Of a stretch of DNA of 64,000 bases, positions 11,061 through 23,145 are shown piece after piece; within the stretch, counting starts at the first letter, position 1; each line of letters begins with the position of its first letter. Below the pieces are notes generated by a model. That model searched no databases and was not told the DNA's origin. It saw only the letters and a program-made list of their open reading frames with translations. The stretch is from assembly GCA_036172245.1 (NCBI GenBank), contig JAYWIR010000033.1, positions 248,001 through 312,000 on the forward strand, in the 5' to 3' direction. The DNA comes from Raillietiella orientalis (taxonomy: Eukaryota). Position numbers and translations under genes: made by a program.

Positions 11061-14000
11061 TCACAGTCTGCTGGGAGGGTCCGTCATCCTCTGGAGGATG
11101 CCGGCAAGCTGTTTCTGCTTGTGTGGTTCCAGATGGGGCCATCGCGTCGCCATCCTGAGGAAACGGGCAGCATACACGTTGGCATCCCTGTCGCTGGATC
11201 CTCTTGTCGCTTTGCTCCATGCCACGACGATCCCGCGTAGGCAGCACAGGGCTGCAAGCGAGGTTGCTGGAGGCAGGGCGTCACGGACGAAGAGGGGGCG
11301 CAAAGCGTCTCTGGGGTTGCCTCCGGGGATCCCCAGGGCTGCAAAAAAGCGTTCCCACAAGAAACGGAGGGCAACACAATCCACTAACAGGTGGGGGAGG
11401 TATTCCCTCTCCCCGCACCTGACACAATTAGGGTTGACACCCCCCCACGTCCAGTGGTGTCGGCGGGCGTTGCAAGGAAGCTCCCAATGCAACACCATCA
11501 GTGCCGACTGTTGCCACTTCATGGGCAGGGTGCGCGAGTCCATGAGCACCGGAGGCCACTCGAGATGTTCCTCTGGAACATCCAGTAGCTCTCCCCAGCG
11601 CAAAAGTCCATTTGCGGTGGTCATCGGGGTCGCAGCGTTGGTGAGCTGACCCGTTCTCCAATCTCCGATCTTCTCTGCCCTGCTGGCGATCTTCACAGTT
11701 ACCTCCCATTGTGCCGCGACGTCGCTGCTCAGATGTTCCCGTAGGGTAGGCAGTACCGCAGCAAGGGAGGTTCTTTGTGCCCACGCTGTCCTTCGGGGAT
11801 TCTCGATGATTTCTCGGAGTGTGCGGCGGGCATGCGGCCCGAACAGAGCTATTCGCTCGTGTTGCGGGCTCTGCTCCTGAATCATCGCCCACGTGCTGAC
11901 GGTTTCCTGCAACCAGGCAGGACCGTTCGCGGGGTGTACGAGGATCCGCGCCGAGTTGTTCTTCACGAGCTTGGCCGCCCTCCGAAGTCGAAGTCCGCAG
12001 TGGCAGATGGGGCTTCGGAGTGCAAAGTAGGACGAGAGTCCCGCATTGCCGGTGGCCCTCTCGACGAGGAGACGTGCAGGGAGGCACCAAGGGGTGCACC
12101 AATTTCCTGCCATAAAGGCAACAACTCGGAACTGGAGCTGTAGCTCCAGCCGCTCCAACGTCAGGAGGCCCAGACCACCATCCCGACGAGGAGCGCACAA
12201 GTCGGAAAGACGGACTCGGGGCCTCCCTCTGCCCCAAAGGGCGATCCTCAGGAGGTCCTTCGTCCACTTCTTTGACTCCGCTGAGGGGGCGCAAACAAAA
12301 AGCAAGGGGCGAAGGAGGGGGGCCGCAAACGCGTTCCACGCCGCGGCCCGTTCCTGCAGGTAGAACCTGCCGTCCTGGAACAGGCCGATCGCCGCCTGAG
12401 CCTTCTGAAGGCAGACCGGTCCGGCTGACCACGCTTCCGCAGGGGAGTACTCCCCCAACAGCACACCAAGGTACTTGAAGTAACTCACCGTGGGGATCCC
12501 CAAACGGACCCAGTCCTGCTGCCCTGCCCACGCCGCTCCGACTGGCATTACGGACGACTTCGCCCTGTTCACCGTCAGTCCTGTTCCACGACTCAGCAGG
12601 TCGAAGAAGTCCTCGACCGCCGCAGCCGGGGTGGACATAAGCAGCAGCAGCAGAAGATCGTCCGCGTACGCCGAAACCGCAGGCGTACCGGGGCAATCGA
12701 ACGGCAGGTGCGCAAGAGTCTCCCTGTACGCTCTCAGCACCAATTCGAAAAAGGCGCTAAAGTGCAGGGGGCTCAGGCTGTCTCCCTGCCGTATGCCGCG
12801 TCGCAACGGTACTCCGTGCACGGTTTGCCCGCTGAAAAGAACATTAATGAGCGCGTCGCGCCAGCTGGAGCGCAGGTAGGCCAACAAAGAGGCCGGGAAG
12901 CCCAAGCGTTCTAGAAGCTCCAGCAGGAGATTCTGGTCGACGCTGTCGAATGCTTTACGCAAGTCGACAGCGACCGCAAGGGCTCCCTTCCCCACCCAAC
13001 CGTTCCGTCTCCCGCCAACGGACGCACCGGAATTCCGGCTGCTCAATAAGCTTCTTTCTTGTTGGAGCTCTAACCATGTGGAAACGTTGAACAGGTTCGC
13101 CTCCATGCTCCGCCCGGGAACAGCATAAGTCTGTTCCGGGCTGATGAAGATGTTGGCGACCCGTGCTAGGCGCTCTGCCCACATCTCGGCTATCAACTTG
13201 GCGTCCGCATTCACTATTGTGATGGGACGCCAGTTGTTCATGCTCCTTAGGTCTCCTCCCTTTGGGAGGAGCCGCACCTTTGCTGAACGAAACGAGGTGG
13301 GAACGTCACCTGCTTCACGGATCAGCAAGGTGAGCTGATGTACCAGGGGAGTAAGCTCAGCCGCGAAAGTTTGGTAAAACTCCGCGGGCAGGCCGTCCTC
13401 CCCTGGAGCCTTCCGCCTCTTGAACTTTCCGATGGCCGAGAGGATCTCGTCCATCGTAAAAGGCCCGTCGAGGCTTCTTTTCTCCTCCTCCCCGATCGCT
13501 GGAGCACCTTCCGGAAGCAGCAGTCGTGAGACGTCTCGCTCCGGAGGCGCCCTGGCGTACAGCGAGGAGTAAAATTTTCTTACTATCCCGCGTTTCTGAG
13601 CGGGAACCGAGTGCTCCCGGCCCTGGTCGTCCAGCAAGCTGGCCGATCCGGATTACGAGGCTTGCCTCTCGGCTCCCGCTCGGTACTCTGCTAACCTGCG
13701 CATGTCGGGGGTTCTGGCGTAACGTCGGGCCTGAAGATAGCACCTTTCGTTACGCGGCCCCTCCCCAAAACCCGCAGGTAGGCGATGCAGGGGGAACTGG
13801 TCGCAGAACTCCTGGACCGACCGCTTGAAGCGGTCCCAGTCCTGAAGTGTCTGCATCCTGAAGCTCCGAATAAACGCGCGGAGGTGATCCGCCGCGTCGG
13901 GAAACTTCAGCCAGTCCCCTGGCAGACGCCACGCTGACGAGGGGGGGCCCTTGTCGCGCGGACGCACTTCGAACATGATCCGACCATGGTCCGACAGCTC

Positions 14001-14651
14001 GGATGGTACCTTTCCGGGCCTGCCCACCCGAGAGCATAGGTGCTGATCAAGGTACACGTAATCGATGCTGCTTTCCATGGCCGTGTCCCCGGCCAACAAG
14101 TTGCGCGTGTTCATTTCTGCGCACAACTCGTTGACGCGGTCGTTCAGTGTATCCGGCGCACCTGAAAGCAGGCGCAGGTTGAAATCACCTGCGATCAGGT
14201 GCGCTTAGCGAACTCCTGCATCGGTCAGCCAATCGCGTCTCAGGGCAAGGTAGAATTCCCTTCTTGCCTTCGCCTTTAACGCGTTATTTTCGCTAGGAGC
14301 GTATAGGTTGGTGACGACCAGGTCGATAGAGTCGGACCAGCTGAGAGTCAACTGACCGACGCGACCAGCGTCATCGAACCGAACGTCCTTTATTGCGGAC
14401 TCGATGGCTGGCCGAAGCAGGAAGGCGACACCGCTTGATTTCGCGGTGCCGCAACGCCACAACAGCCGCCCACCCGAGATCCGTTCGATCACCCGGGCTT
14501 GATCTGCCGAGATCACGTGGATCTCCTGCAGCAGCACCAGGTCGAAGGATGCCAGGGTGGCGGCCACGTCACGCCTCTTGCCGTCGTCGCTTAGCCCGTT
14601 CACGTTCCAACAGGCGATCAGAAGACGACGGCGAGAGGCGATTCCCGGCAT
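11061..14651 (-). pseudogene. ORF2 of D2 (1197 codons, APE-RT-CCHC), single frame with 2 premature stops
   Basis: ORFs 14205-14651, 13653-14126 and 11061-13637 share one frame. Motifs WNVNG, GDFN, SDH, APGEDG, DLRKAFD, YADD, CVRCGE..HLLVDC. Confidence 0.95.
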
Positions 14652-16309
14652 TATGGCTGGGAAAGTGGCGTTGCGGCACCTGCCGCGGGGCAGGTGTACG
14701 AAAGGTCCATCGGTACGAGGACCATCGGAACGAGGACGGAGGCCTCTTCAGGCGCCTGGGGTACCTGTTCGGCCTCCATCCTCACCATCCCCTCCGTGTC
14801 CGAGCGTGGAATTCTCTCGGGCGACGGGTCCCGGGAGTTTCCCACGCTCATGGCACCCTCGCTACCGGAAGCCATCTCTTCCCCTTCGTCGGGGGAGACG
14901 ATCTTCCGGGGCATTGTGAACTTTCGTCCTGCCTTTTTGCGGGGTGCCGCGGAGATGGATGCTGTGTTTCCGGCCTTCACCTCGGGGTCGGAAGTGGCCG
15001 ACTCCTGAGGGGAAGCCGGACGCCTGACGGCCTTCTTGCCAGCCTTGGGGGCAACCGGCTGCAACGAGGCAGCCAGCTCCTCCGCGGCGCGCTCGAAGGC
15101 GACGTCATCGAGCGTGGGCTCGATGACGGACGCCGCCGCCTCGCTCCCCTCCTTGTTGACTTTGTCAACGGAGGGTTGAGCAGGGGCAGCAGCGAGTTCT
15201 TTAGCGCCGCATTCGTCGATGGCGGGAATCCGCTATACAACGACGCAGCAGCTTTTAATTTTATCGCGGCGCAGAGCGGTTTCGCTCCGTTTCGCCACGT
15301 TCTTTCCCTTCTAATAGGAGTTTTTCTTGGGGTCGACCTTATGCCACCCTGGCTCTTGACCCTCGCCCTCGACCTTTTCGGCGTCTTTCGCCGGAGTCTC
15401 GGGGCTGGCCTTCGCCTTGGTGGCGGAGGTGACCTCCTTAGCAGCAGCACGAGCTGCCAGCTTCTTTCTCTTTTTTGCCGCGCGCTTTCTCGCGTTTTTC
15501 GCGGACACGACGCAGACTGTGTTTTGGGGGCACACCTGACCGGTGTGCCCCGCTTGTTTGCATTGCTGGCACTGCACGCTCGGACACCTCATTTTAAGGT
15601 GACCAAAACTGCTGCAGCAGCCGCAAAACTTGGGTTTCCCCACGTACCACACGTCAACGGATTCACCGTTGACGGTGAGTTTGTGGGGAATCTCACATCT
15701 CTCGCGAACCGTCACTCCCGCTGCACCCAGGCCGTCAAGCAACCCGTCGTAATCGACAAGAGGAGTAGGCTTGCCCCACTGCGCGTGGACAGTTGCGAGT
15801 TTTTCCAATTTGTTCCGGACGGCCTCCTTCGTCATCCGGAACGTGATACCGGTCAGGTGAATGATCACCGACCGGTCTTCTGTTATTGGGAGAAGCCTCC
15901 GGCTGCCCATACTTACGGGAGTTCGCAGAAGTCTCTGCGCAAGAGTTGCCTCCTTGCAGATAACTTCAACAAATTGAACCCCGCTTCTGACGGACATAGC
16001 CAGAAGCTCCTCTTTCTGTACGCCGAGAACGCGCATCGCCTGTGAGAAGGCGCGCGCGTTCTCGGGAGAATATAGACTGTCTACCTTATATAGAAGGGGT
16101 GGGTTATACCCCTCCTCCAGGTAAGCGCGCATTTCCGCCATAGCCGCTGGCGTAGGTGCCGCAGCCACGGCGTTCCAAGTCCTGGTTAGGGCCGGGGGCG
16201 CATCCGTGCTGGCGGGAGCCTCCACTGATGCGGGAGCTCCCACCTCCATCTGCTCCGGTGGCAATGAGGTCATCGCCCCCGGATCCTCACCGGTGGTGGT
16301 ATCAGGCAT
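14651..16309 (-). pseudogene. ORF1 of D2 (553 codons), single frame with 2 premature TAG
   Basis: In-frame TAG at 15313-15311 and 15235-15233. Two CCHC knuckles. Ends PLSQP-TAA. Confidence 0.92.
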
Positions 16310-16405
16310 TTCTGCCTAATCCTCCACCCGCACCACGCACAAGCACCAACGGAAATGGAACTCAGGAGCAACGAAAAGACACGTCCGCTCGACGCTCCGG
16401 CATCT

Positions 16406-19283
16406 CCAGGACTGGGTGCTTTTTAAGGAATCGGTCCGCTAGTTCTGTGAGCAGTTACCCCTGGATCGCCTGCCCCCCGTATTCGGCGAGGGTGCTCGCA
16501 ACCAGCGGGCCGATTTACAGGCTCGTAAATACCAGAGAACCCCTAATGTCCGTCGCCTGGCCGAGTACCGCGCCGGGACCGAACGCCAAGCCTGGCAACC
16601 CGGGTCGGCCAGCTTGGTGGACGACCAGGACCGGGAATGTTCGTTCCCGGCGTCGGTACAGCATCTCCTGCGGAGTTTTTATTCCTACCTTTACGCCAAG
16701 GCGCCCCCGGATCGAAACGCTTCTCGGCGCTTGCTTCCGGATGGCGCCTTGGCATCAGATGAGGAGGAGATGGAAAGCCTAGACGAGCCTTTTACCACCG
16801 GCGAAATTCTCGCCGGTATCAAAAGGCTCAAGAGGCGTGAAGCTCCAAGGGAAGACGGCTTGCCCGCGCAGTTCTTTCAGAGCTTCGCGGAAGAGCTGAC
16901 ACCCCTGCTGCTTAAGTTGATCAAGCTGATCCTAGACGAAGGCGATGTTCCCGCCTCGTTTCGGTCAGCCAGAGTGAGGCTCCTTCCAAAAGGGGGAGAC
17001 CTCAGGGATTTAAAGAACTGGCATCCATTCGCGATCGTGAATACGGACTCCAAGTTGATAGCAGGGCTATAAGCTTCGTGTCTGTGGCAGGTGGCAGAAT
17101 CCGTAATTAGCCCGGAGCACACTTATGCTGTTCCCCGGCTACGTATGGTTGCCAACCTCTTCTTCGCAAGCACATGGGTGCACCTGCAGAGAAGAGAAAA
17201 GAAAGGGATAGGGAAAGTCGGCAACCCCACATTGGGGCCGCCAGCCGGGCTGGAAAGGGACCCCCGAACGGGGAAGGGGGCCCTAGCGCTCGCAGTCGAT
17301 TTCCACAAGGCGTTCGACTGTGTACACCAGGAACTCCTCTTGGAGCTCCTGAGTCGCATGGGCTTCCCACCCTCCCTGATTTCCTACCTGTGCTCTTGCT
17401 GGCGCAATGCGATAATCTCAATCCATTTTAGCAGTCAGAAATTGTATGGTGTGCCCTTGCGGCGCGGCATATGGCAGGGAGATAGTCTCAACCTTGTGCA
17501 CTTCAGCACCTACTTTCATTTGGTGCTCAGAGCGTACAGAGTGACTTTGGCCCCCTTGCCGAGCTCGTGTCCCGGCACGCCCTCCATAGCAGCGTACGCC
17601 GACGATCTTCTGCTCTTGTTGCCAATGTCCACCCCGCCAAAGGAGGTCGGAGACTTCTTCGATCTGCTCAGCCGCGGGACCGGACTGCAAGTTAACAGGG
17701 CGAAGTCGTCGGTTGTGCCAATAGGTGCGGCGTGGGCAGGGCAGCAGGACTGGGTCCGTCTGGGGATCCCCACTGCGAGGTGCTTCAAGTACCTTGTTGT
17801 GCCGTTGGGTGACTACTCCCCTGCGGAAGCGTGGTCCAGCTGCCTCCAAAAAGTCGAGACGGCGATTGCCCCGTTCCTGGAAGGCAAGTTTTACTTGCAG
17901 GAGCGGGCCGCAGTGTGGAACGCGTTCGCGGTGCCCCTCCTGCGCCCCTTACTTTTTGTTTGCCCCGCCCCTCCCATCATATAGAGATGGACCAAAGCCC
18001 TCTTGAGGACTGCCCTTTGGGGCACAGCGAGGTCGCGAGTCCGATTGAACGACTTGTGCGCTCCACGCAGGGATGGTGGTTTCGGCGTCCTTACGTTGGA
18101 GCGCTTCCAACTACAGACAACACTTCGGAAATTAGCCCTTGCGGCTAGCTTATGGATGACGCCATGGTGCCATCCTGCACGGCTCCTCGCCAGAAGAGCG
18201 ACCGGCTGCGAAGGATTGTCCTCGATCCTTGTGGCCTACCAGCGTAGCCTCTCCAACTGTGGCCTTGATTTGCGCCAGATGGTCGCCCTGATGAGGCAGA
18301 ATACCTGGATCTTTTGCCTTCCCGCGAACTGCACTGCCTGGCTTCAGGATTCAGCTTCCGCGTGGGCTAAGATCAACGGCACGAGCGAGGCGGAATACAA
18401 CTGCCTACGACGAGGACCGTACGCTCGACAGCTGCTGCAGGAGATTATCAACACGCCCCGAAAGTTTCTGTGGGCTTCTTTCAGTCCCCTTGCCCCCGTT
18501 CTGTCCTCTCTGAAAAACAGTAGGAGCAGCAACGAGCTGGCATCGTGGGAAATGTGCTGCCTCATCCGAGGCAGGAAAAAACCTTTAAAGGTGTGGACGA
18601 CTCGGGAGCTCACGGACGCTGCCACCGCGAGCGTCCCGCCTCACGGACTTGCGCGCTGGGGAGAGCTGCTCGCAATACCTCCTGAGGAGGTGAAGTGGCC
18701 CCCAGCGTGTTGGGATTGCGGCACACTTCCGTTGAAGTGGCAGGAGACGGCGTTGCTATTTCTGCACTGGGGACTGTTAAGCAGAGCACGCCTGTCTCAC
18801 TGGACACTGGGAAATGTGGATGCCCGCTGTGTCGAGTGCGGAGAAAGAGAAACCTTCCCGCATCTCACCCTCGAGTGTGTCGCCCTGGATGGACTCTGGA
18901 GTCGAATCGCCCGAATCCTCCATCTTCCAGTAGGCGACCCTAAGGAAATTTACCGTCGCCTCTTTCTGCGTAACGGCCTGCGCCTTGCTGCATCTCTAGC
19001 AGTCCTCTGCTTCGTGCGCGGCATTGTGCAAAGGTGGCACGCCAGTAGAAGAGGCCCAAGATGCAGGGACGGCATCCACTGGACGACGATCTCTTTAGAG
19101 ACGGCGACAAGGTGGCGTCTACCTTTCACAATAAAAACTGAACTTGACTGCATCCTTAACAGGATGCGGAGGAGCGACCCAGGCGCCCAGTGTTCCCTTC
19201 CCTGCCCCACCCTCTCTCCATACAACTGTTTCCCTCCCCGTTGTCTCTCTTTTTGTTTGTTTTTGTTATAGTTTTCCCTCCCC
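16406..19283 (+). mobile_element. Element G1: ORF2 from post-APE linker through RT and zinc finger, with partial 3' UTR
   Basis: APREDGLP, DFHKAFD, AAYADD (about 17590-17606), CVECGE..HLTLEC. Stops and frameshifts present. Confidence 0.92.
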
Positions 19284-20938
19284 ATGCGCCTCGGGAATGG
19301 ACCTAACCGGTCTATGCATCGGCAACCGACACGTCGAAGAAGGTGGGAGAACCCAGTATTTCCCCACAGAAAACATCTTTTTAAAGACTTCAGCTTCCGG
19401 AATCTCGCCGACTGGGTCCTGTTGAAGGTTTCGGTCCACCTGAATGAGCTGGTCAACACGAACGGCTTCGTTGAAGCGCACGCCCTTCAGGGCTGTCTCG
19501 ACCGCCGGCTTCATGAAGAACGCGACCCACAGATTTTTGGCACGCCGCATTGCCACACTAACCGACTCACTGCGATCCTCTCGATCTACTGCGCGTTCTC
19601 TGTGGTAAACACGTAAATCTCCTGCAGGACCGCAAGTTCGAAGTCACGCAGGGTGGTGGCCGTGTCACGTCTGTTGCCGTCGTCACGCAGCCCGTTCACG
19701 TTCCAGCACACCACTCGAAATCGACGGCGACAGTCGAGCCCAGGTGTTAATCCTGGGAAAGTGGCAGTGCGGCGTTCGCCACCTGTTGCGGCGTGACGGA
19801 TGTAGGAATAGGATCATTGTTCACCGGTTTTCCCTCCTTCATGGGGGCCGATTCCTTGGCGCATTGCAACGGTGGAAGGGGTCAGATTTCACGCACCTGC
19901 TCCCCCAGTTCCTTGGGGGTCGATTCGTGGGCTGCCCTGGACGGCAAGGAGGAGCGGTTGTCAACTGTCGGCTCTTCGTCCTATACGGTCATCTCCTCAG
20001 CAGGTCCCACCGTTGCAAGGGGGCGGCAATCACTTACCTTCTCCTCCTCCTCCATGGGGGAGGCCAGCTGCTCGGTAGCCAAGGGTAGGAAACCCCTCCC
20101 TCCGTTCCCATGCTGCCGGCTTCCCCCTCGGCTGCCAGTGCGTCCCCCTCCTTCTTCGTCGGGATGCGCCTCTTCAGATTCTTCGACTTCCGTCCAGTCT
20201 TCTTCGGAGGCGCCTTTGCGGAGGAGGACGCACTTCCGGCATCCGGGTCATGGTCACCTGTCGGAGGTGATCTGGTCGCGGCCGGCCTTCGCAAAGCCTT
20301 TCTCGCGCCGTTCTCACGGTCCGCGAGTTCGGCCGCGAGCTCTTCCGCTGCCTGCTGGAAGGCGGCGTCCTCGATTGCGGCGAGCGCGTCGCTCGGCTCC
20401 CCCTCTGTTTGTACAGGGGGTTTGCCTTTCGTGGAGGCGACTTTGTCATCAACGAGGCGTGGGATATCTCTTTCGGTGGCGGTCTCGGGGAACTCCATAC
20501 GCTCCAAAGCGACCGAACATTCGCGGAGAAACGCGCGGCGTTGTCTCTTATTTAAAGGAGGTGTCGAGGGTTCTGCTTTCGGGCCTTCGGTATTCTTGCT
20601 CTTTTTACTTTTCGGCTTCGCCTTATGCAAGCACTCGCTCTCTCCAGCGTCGTCGGGAGTATCCTCGAACAGCGCTTGCTGCACGGGTTCGGGATATGGC
20701 TGTAAGTTCCGCATCTCGGGTGCCTCCTTAGGCTTTTTCGTTCACCCCGCGCGATTCGCTTTGGCTTCTTTCGAGGCAGGGGGAGCCGGGGTTTCGCGTT
20801 TAGGACACATATTTCGCAGGTGGCCCTCTTCTCCGCAGAGGAAACACTGGATGTGGGGGCATCATTTTTTAAGGTGCCCTGTGGCATCTATGTCCACAGT
20901 ACTTAGGCTTACCAACGTACTAGACGTCGACCACCTCG

Positions 20939-21080
20939 CCAAAGTCCTCATTCTTCATCCTGAAAACATCCAGAACTCAAAACAACCCAGCAGCCAAAGT
21001 ACCCACAAACAAAGTGCATCAGCCTTCGTTCCCTTACCATTCCCAAAGTCCTCATTCTTCATCCTGAGGACATCCAGAAC
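20939..21080. repeat. Insert in E ORF1 bounded by a direct repeat of about 38 bp (20939-20976 and 21043-21080)
   Basis: CCAAAGTCCTCATTCTTCATCCTGA(AA/GG)ACATCCAGAAC occurs twice. The insert is absent from the homologous position of F (about 36495). Confidence 0.85.
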
Positions 21081-21534
21081 GACGCCTAGTTTGTGGGGCA
21101 GCCCACCGTTTTCCTTGAAGGTCACACGCGATGCGGACATGCCCCGGAACAGTCTTCCGTAACTTTGGAAAAGGTTCGACTTGCTGCATACAGCGTGTAC
21201 CGTACCGTATTTGCTTAATTCCTTCTTCACGCCGGTTTTTGACATGCGGAGGGATACTCGCGTAAGAAGCGCTACCGCAGAGCGATCCTCGGTTACAGGG
21301 AAGACCTTTCTGCCTTCCAGCATGAAAGGGGTATTCAGCAGGCGTTGAGCCAGGCTTGCATCTCTGCAAGTGAGCTATACCAGCTGGCCCCCCCCAAAGC
21401 ACTGAAAGGCTTTCCAGGTTCTCCTTTTTTTCTTCTAGCCGCTGCAACTACCTCTCGAAGTTGCAGGCGGTATTTCCCACAAACAAATTTCCTACCTTGT
21501 ACATCAAGGAAAACTTGTATGCTTGTTCCAGGTA

Positions 21535-21745
21535 GGCGCGGTTGCCCCCTTTTTCAAGGTAGCGGTTGCGCTCTTTTCCGAAGGGGAGGTTGTCGTCTTT
21601 TTCAAATGAACGGTTGCGGCCTCTTGCACAAGGGCTACTGCTCCCTTTCTTAAGGGGGCGCTAGTTCTCGTTTCCGGAGGGGCGGTTGCCCCCTTTTTCA
21701 AGGGGGCGGTTGCCCTGTCCTCCGTGGTAGTGGTTGCCCCCACCT
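21535..21745 (-). repeat. 24-bp (8-aa, GATAPLKK-like) coding tandem repeat at ORF1 N-terminus (also about 35800-35950 and 53705-53860)
   Basis: RATAPLKK GATAPPET RTSAPLRK ... SATATLKK GATAP. Confidence 0.8.
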
Positions 21746-21918
21746 CTGTGGTTTGGGGAGAGGAACCATCCTCTCTTCCGCCAACTTCCATCGCGTGGTC
21801 CTCAGGGATTTTTGCCATGGGACACCAGCGATGCACCACTCAGTAACGCACTAAAAAAAGGTTTTAAAAACTCGCGCCGCTGGAGCGCAGGAAAAGAAGT
21901 TCGCACGCTTCCTCTACG

Positions 21919-23145
21919 TCGCCACCCTGTCACGGCGGGGCGTTTATTGTAAACTCTCTTTACAATTTGTGCTAGTAGGCCCCACTACGGCCAACTCAAC
22001 AGGACCTGCCGGGTTGCCAGCACGCAGACCGCCGCGTCTCTCCTCGAAAGCGGTAGGGGTTGGGAAAAACAAAAAGAAGTTGAAGGGCGGGGAAGGGATC
22101 ACGGTTCACTGAAAGGAGGGTCCATCTTTTCCAGGATGCCCTCGAGGTCCGTCCGAATGATTCCCAGTTGGGGCCATCTGGTTGCAAGCCTCAGGTAGCA
22201 GACTGCGAGTTCGACGGCAGCGCTCTCGTGGCTAGGTCTTCTGAAATCGCTCCAGGTCGTCACGATCCCTCGGATGCAGCAGAGTACTGCCAGAACGGCG
22301 GCTGGTCGCAGGGCATCCCGCAAGAAAACAAGCCGAAAATCGTCTCTGGACTGGCTGCCCTCCTGTAGCCGTAGGGAGGTACCAAGACGCTCCCACAGGG
22401 GTCGGAGGGCAGCACAATCAACATGGAGGCGGGGGAGGGTTTCCCGCTCCCCACACCTGATGCAGGAAGGATCTCCTCGATCCCTGGTCCAGTGGTGGCA
22501 CCGTGTGTTGCAGGGTGGACCCCAATGCAACAGCAGAAGCGCCGACTTTTCCCACTTCAGGGGGAGGATCATCGGGGATCCTCCCCGTGAAGAGGGAGGA
22601 GTCACATCAGGTCATCCATCGGGATGCCGAGCAGTTCGCCCCATCTCCTTAAACCACGCGGGAGGACACTTCGAGTAGTGGCATCGGCCAGCTGCGCCGT
22701 GATCCAGCCGCTTAACTTCTCTCTGCCTCCGATACGGCAGTAAAGTTCCCACCTAGGCATGCAGCTGCAGGAAAACGCCTTCCTGAGGAGGGGCATCGCC
22801 GAAGCTAGGGGCGTAGTCTCGGTCCACGTGCACCTGTCGGGACACTGCACGAAGGTCCGCAGGCTGCAGCGGGCGCGATTGTAGAAACGCAGGCTGTTGA
22901 AGCTTTTTTCACCTTGGGCATTTAACCACGCCCACTTTCCCACAGATTGCTTCAGTCATGCGGAGGAGTTCGCGGGGCTTTGTACAATCCAGCAGTTTTT
23001 TTTAGACAGAGTTGCCATGTGTCCCCGGAGAAGTTCGCATCTCTTGATCTTCGAGCCACGGCAGAGAAGATAATTCGCGAGACCCTCCGTCCCGGATACA
23101 CAGCTGGCAAGAAGTCGGAAAAAACACGTCCGCACGCTCCCTCTA
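21919..23145 (-). mobile_element. Internally deleted G-type element: about 28 bp of 5' end joined to distal ORF2 and 3' UTR
   Basis: 5' motif at 23117-23145 is followed directly by sequence homologous to 57680-56462. Zinc finger CIRCGE. Terminal hairpin at 21919-21948. Confidence 0.82.

Larger units (their letters stand above)
10848..16405 (-). mobile_element. Full-length (about 5.55 kb) L1/Tx1-like element D2
   Basis: 5' motif, ORF1, TAATG junction, ORF2, structured 3' UTR and terminal hairpin are all present. Confidence 0.96.
19435..21917 (-). mobile_element. Element E: 5' end, ORF1 (about 21818-19747) and start of APE
   Basis: FPVTEDRS ORF1 motif and decayed knuckles, then VVCWNVNGLRDDGNRRD..LQE. 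Homologous to 35630-37430. Confidence 0.88.

Noticed and set aside
11428..12696. 422-aa alternative-frame ORF inside D2 ORF2
   Set aside because: No motifs, and no comparable ORF in the homologous copies.
11061..13637. Bacterial RT system (group II intron, retron, DGR, CRISPR-RT)
   Set aside because: The APE domain, CCHC ORF1 and L1-type motifs identify eukaryotic non-LTR elements. No repeat-spacer array or operon is present.
14706..14735. 15-bp tandem duplication in the D2 ORF1 tail
   Set aside because: Ordinary in-frame slippage, absent from D1.
19284..19434. Unassigned 150-bp piece between G1 and E
   Set aside because: No recognisable similarity in the window and too short to call.
22562..22586. 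Inverted repeat GGGGAGGATC...GATCCTCCCC
   Set aside because: Absent from the homologous copy near 57130, so likely a local template-switch mutation.
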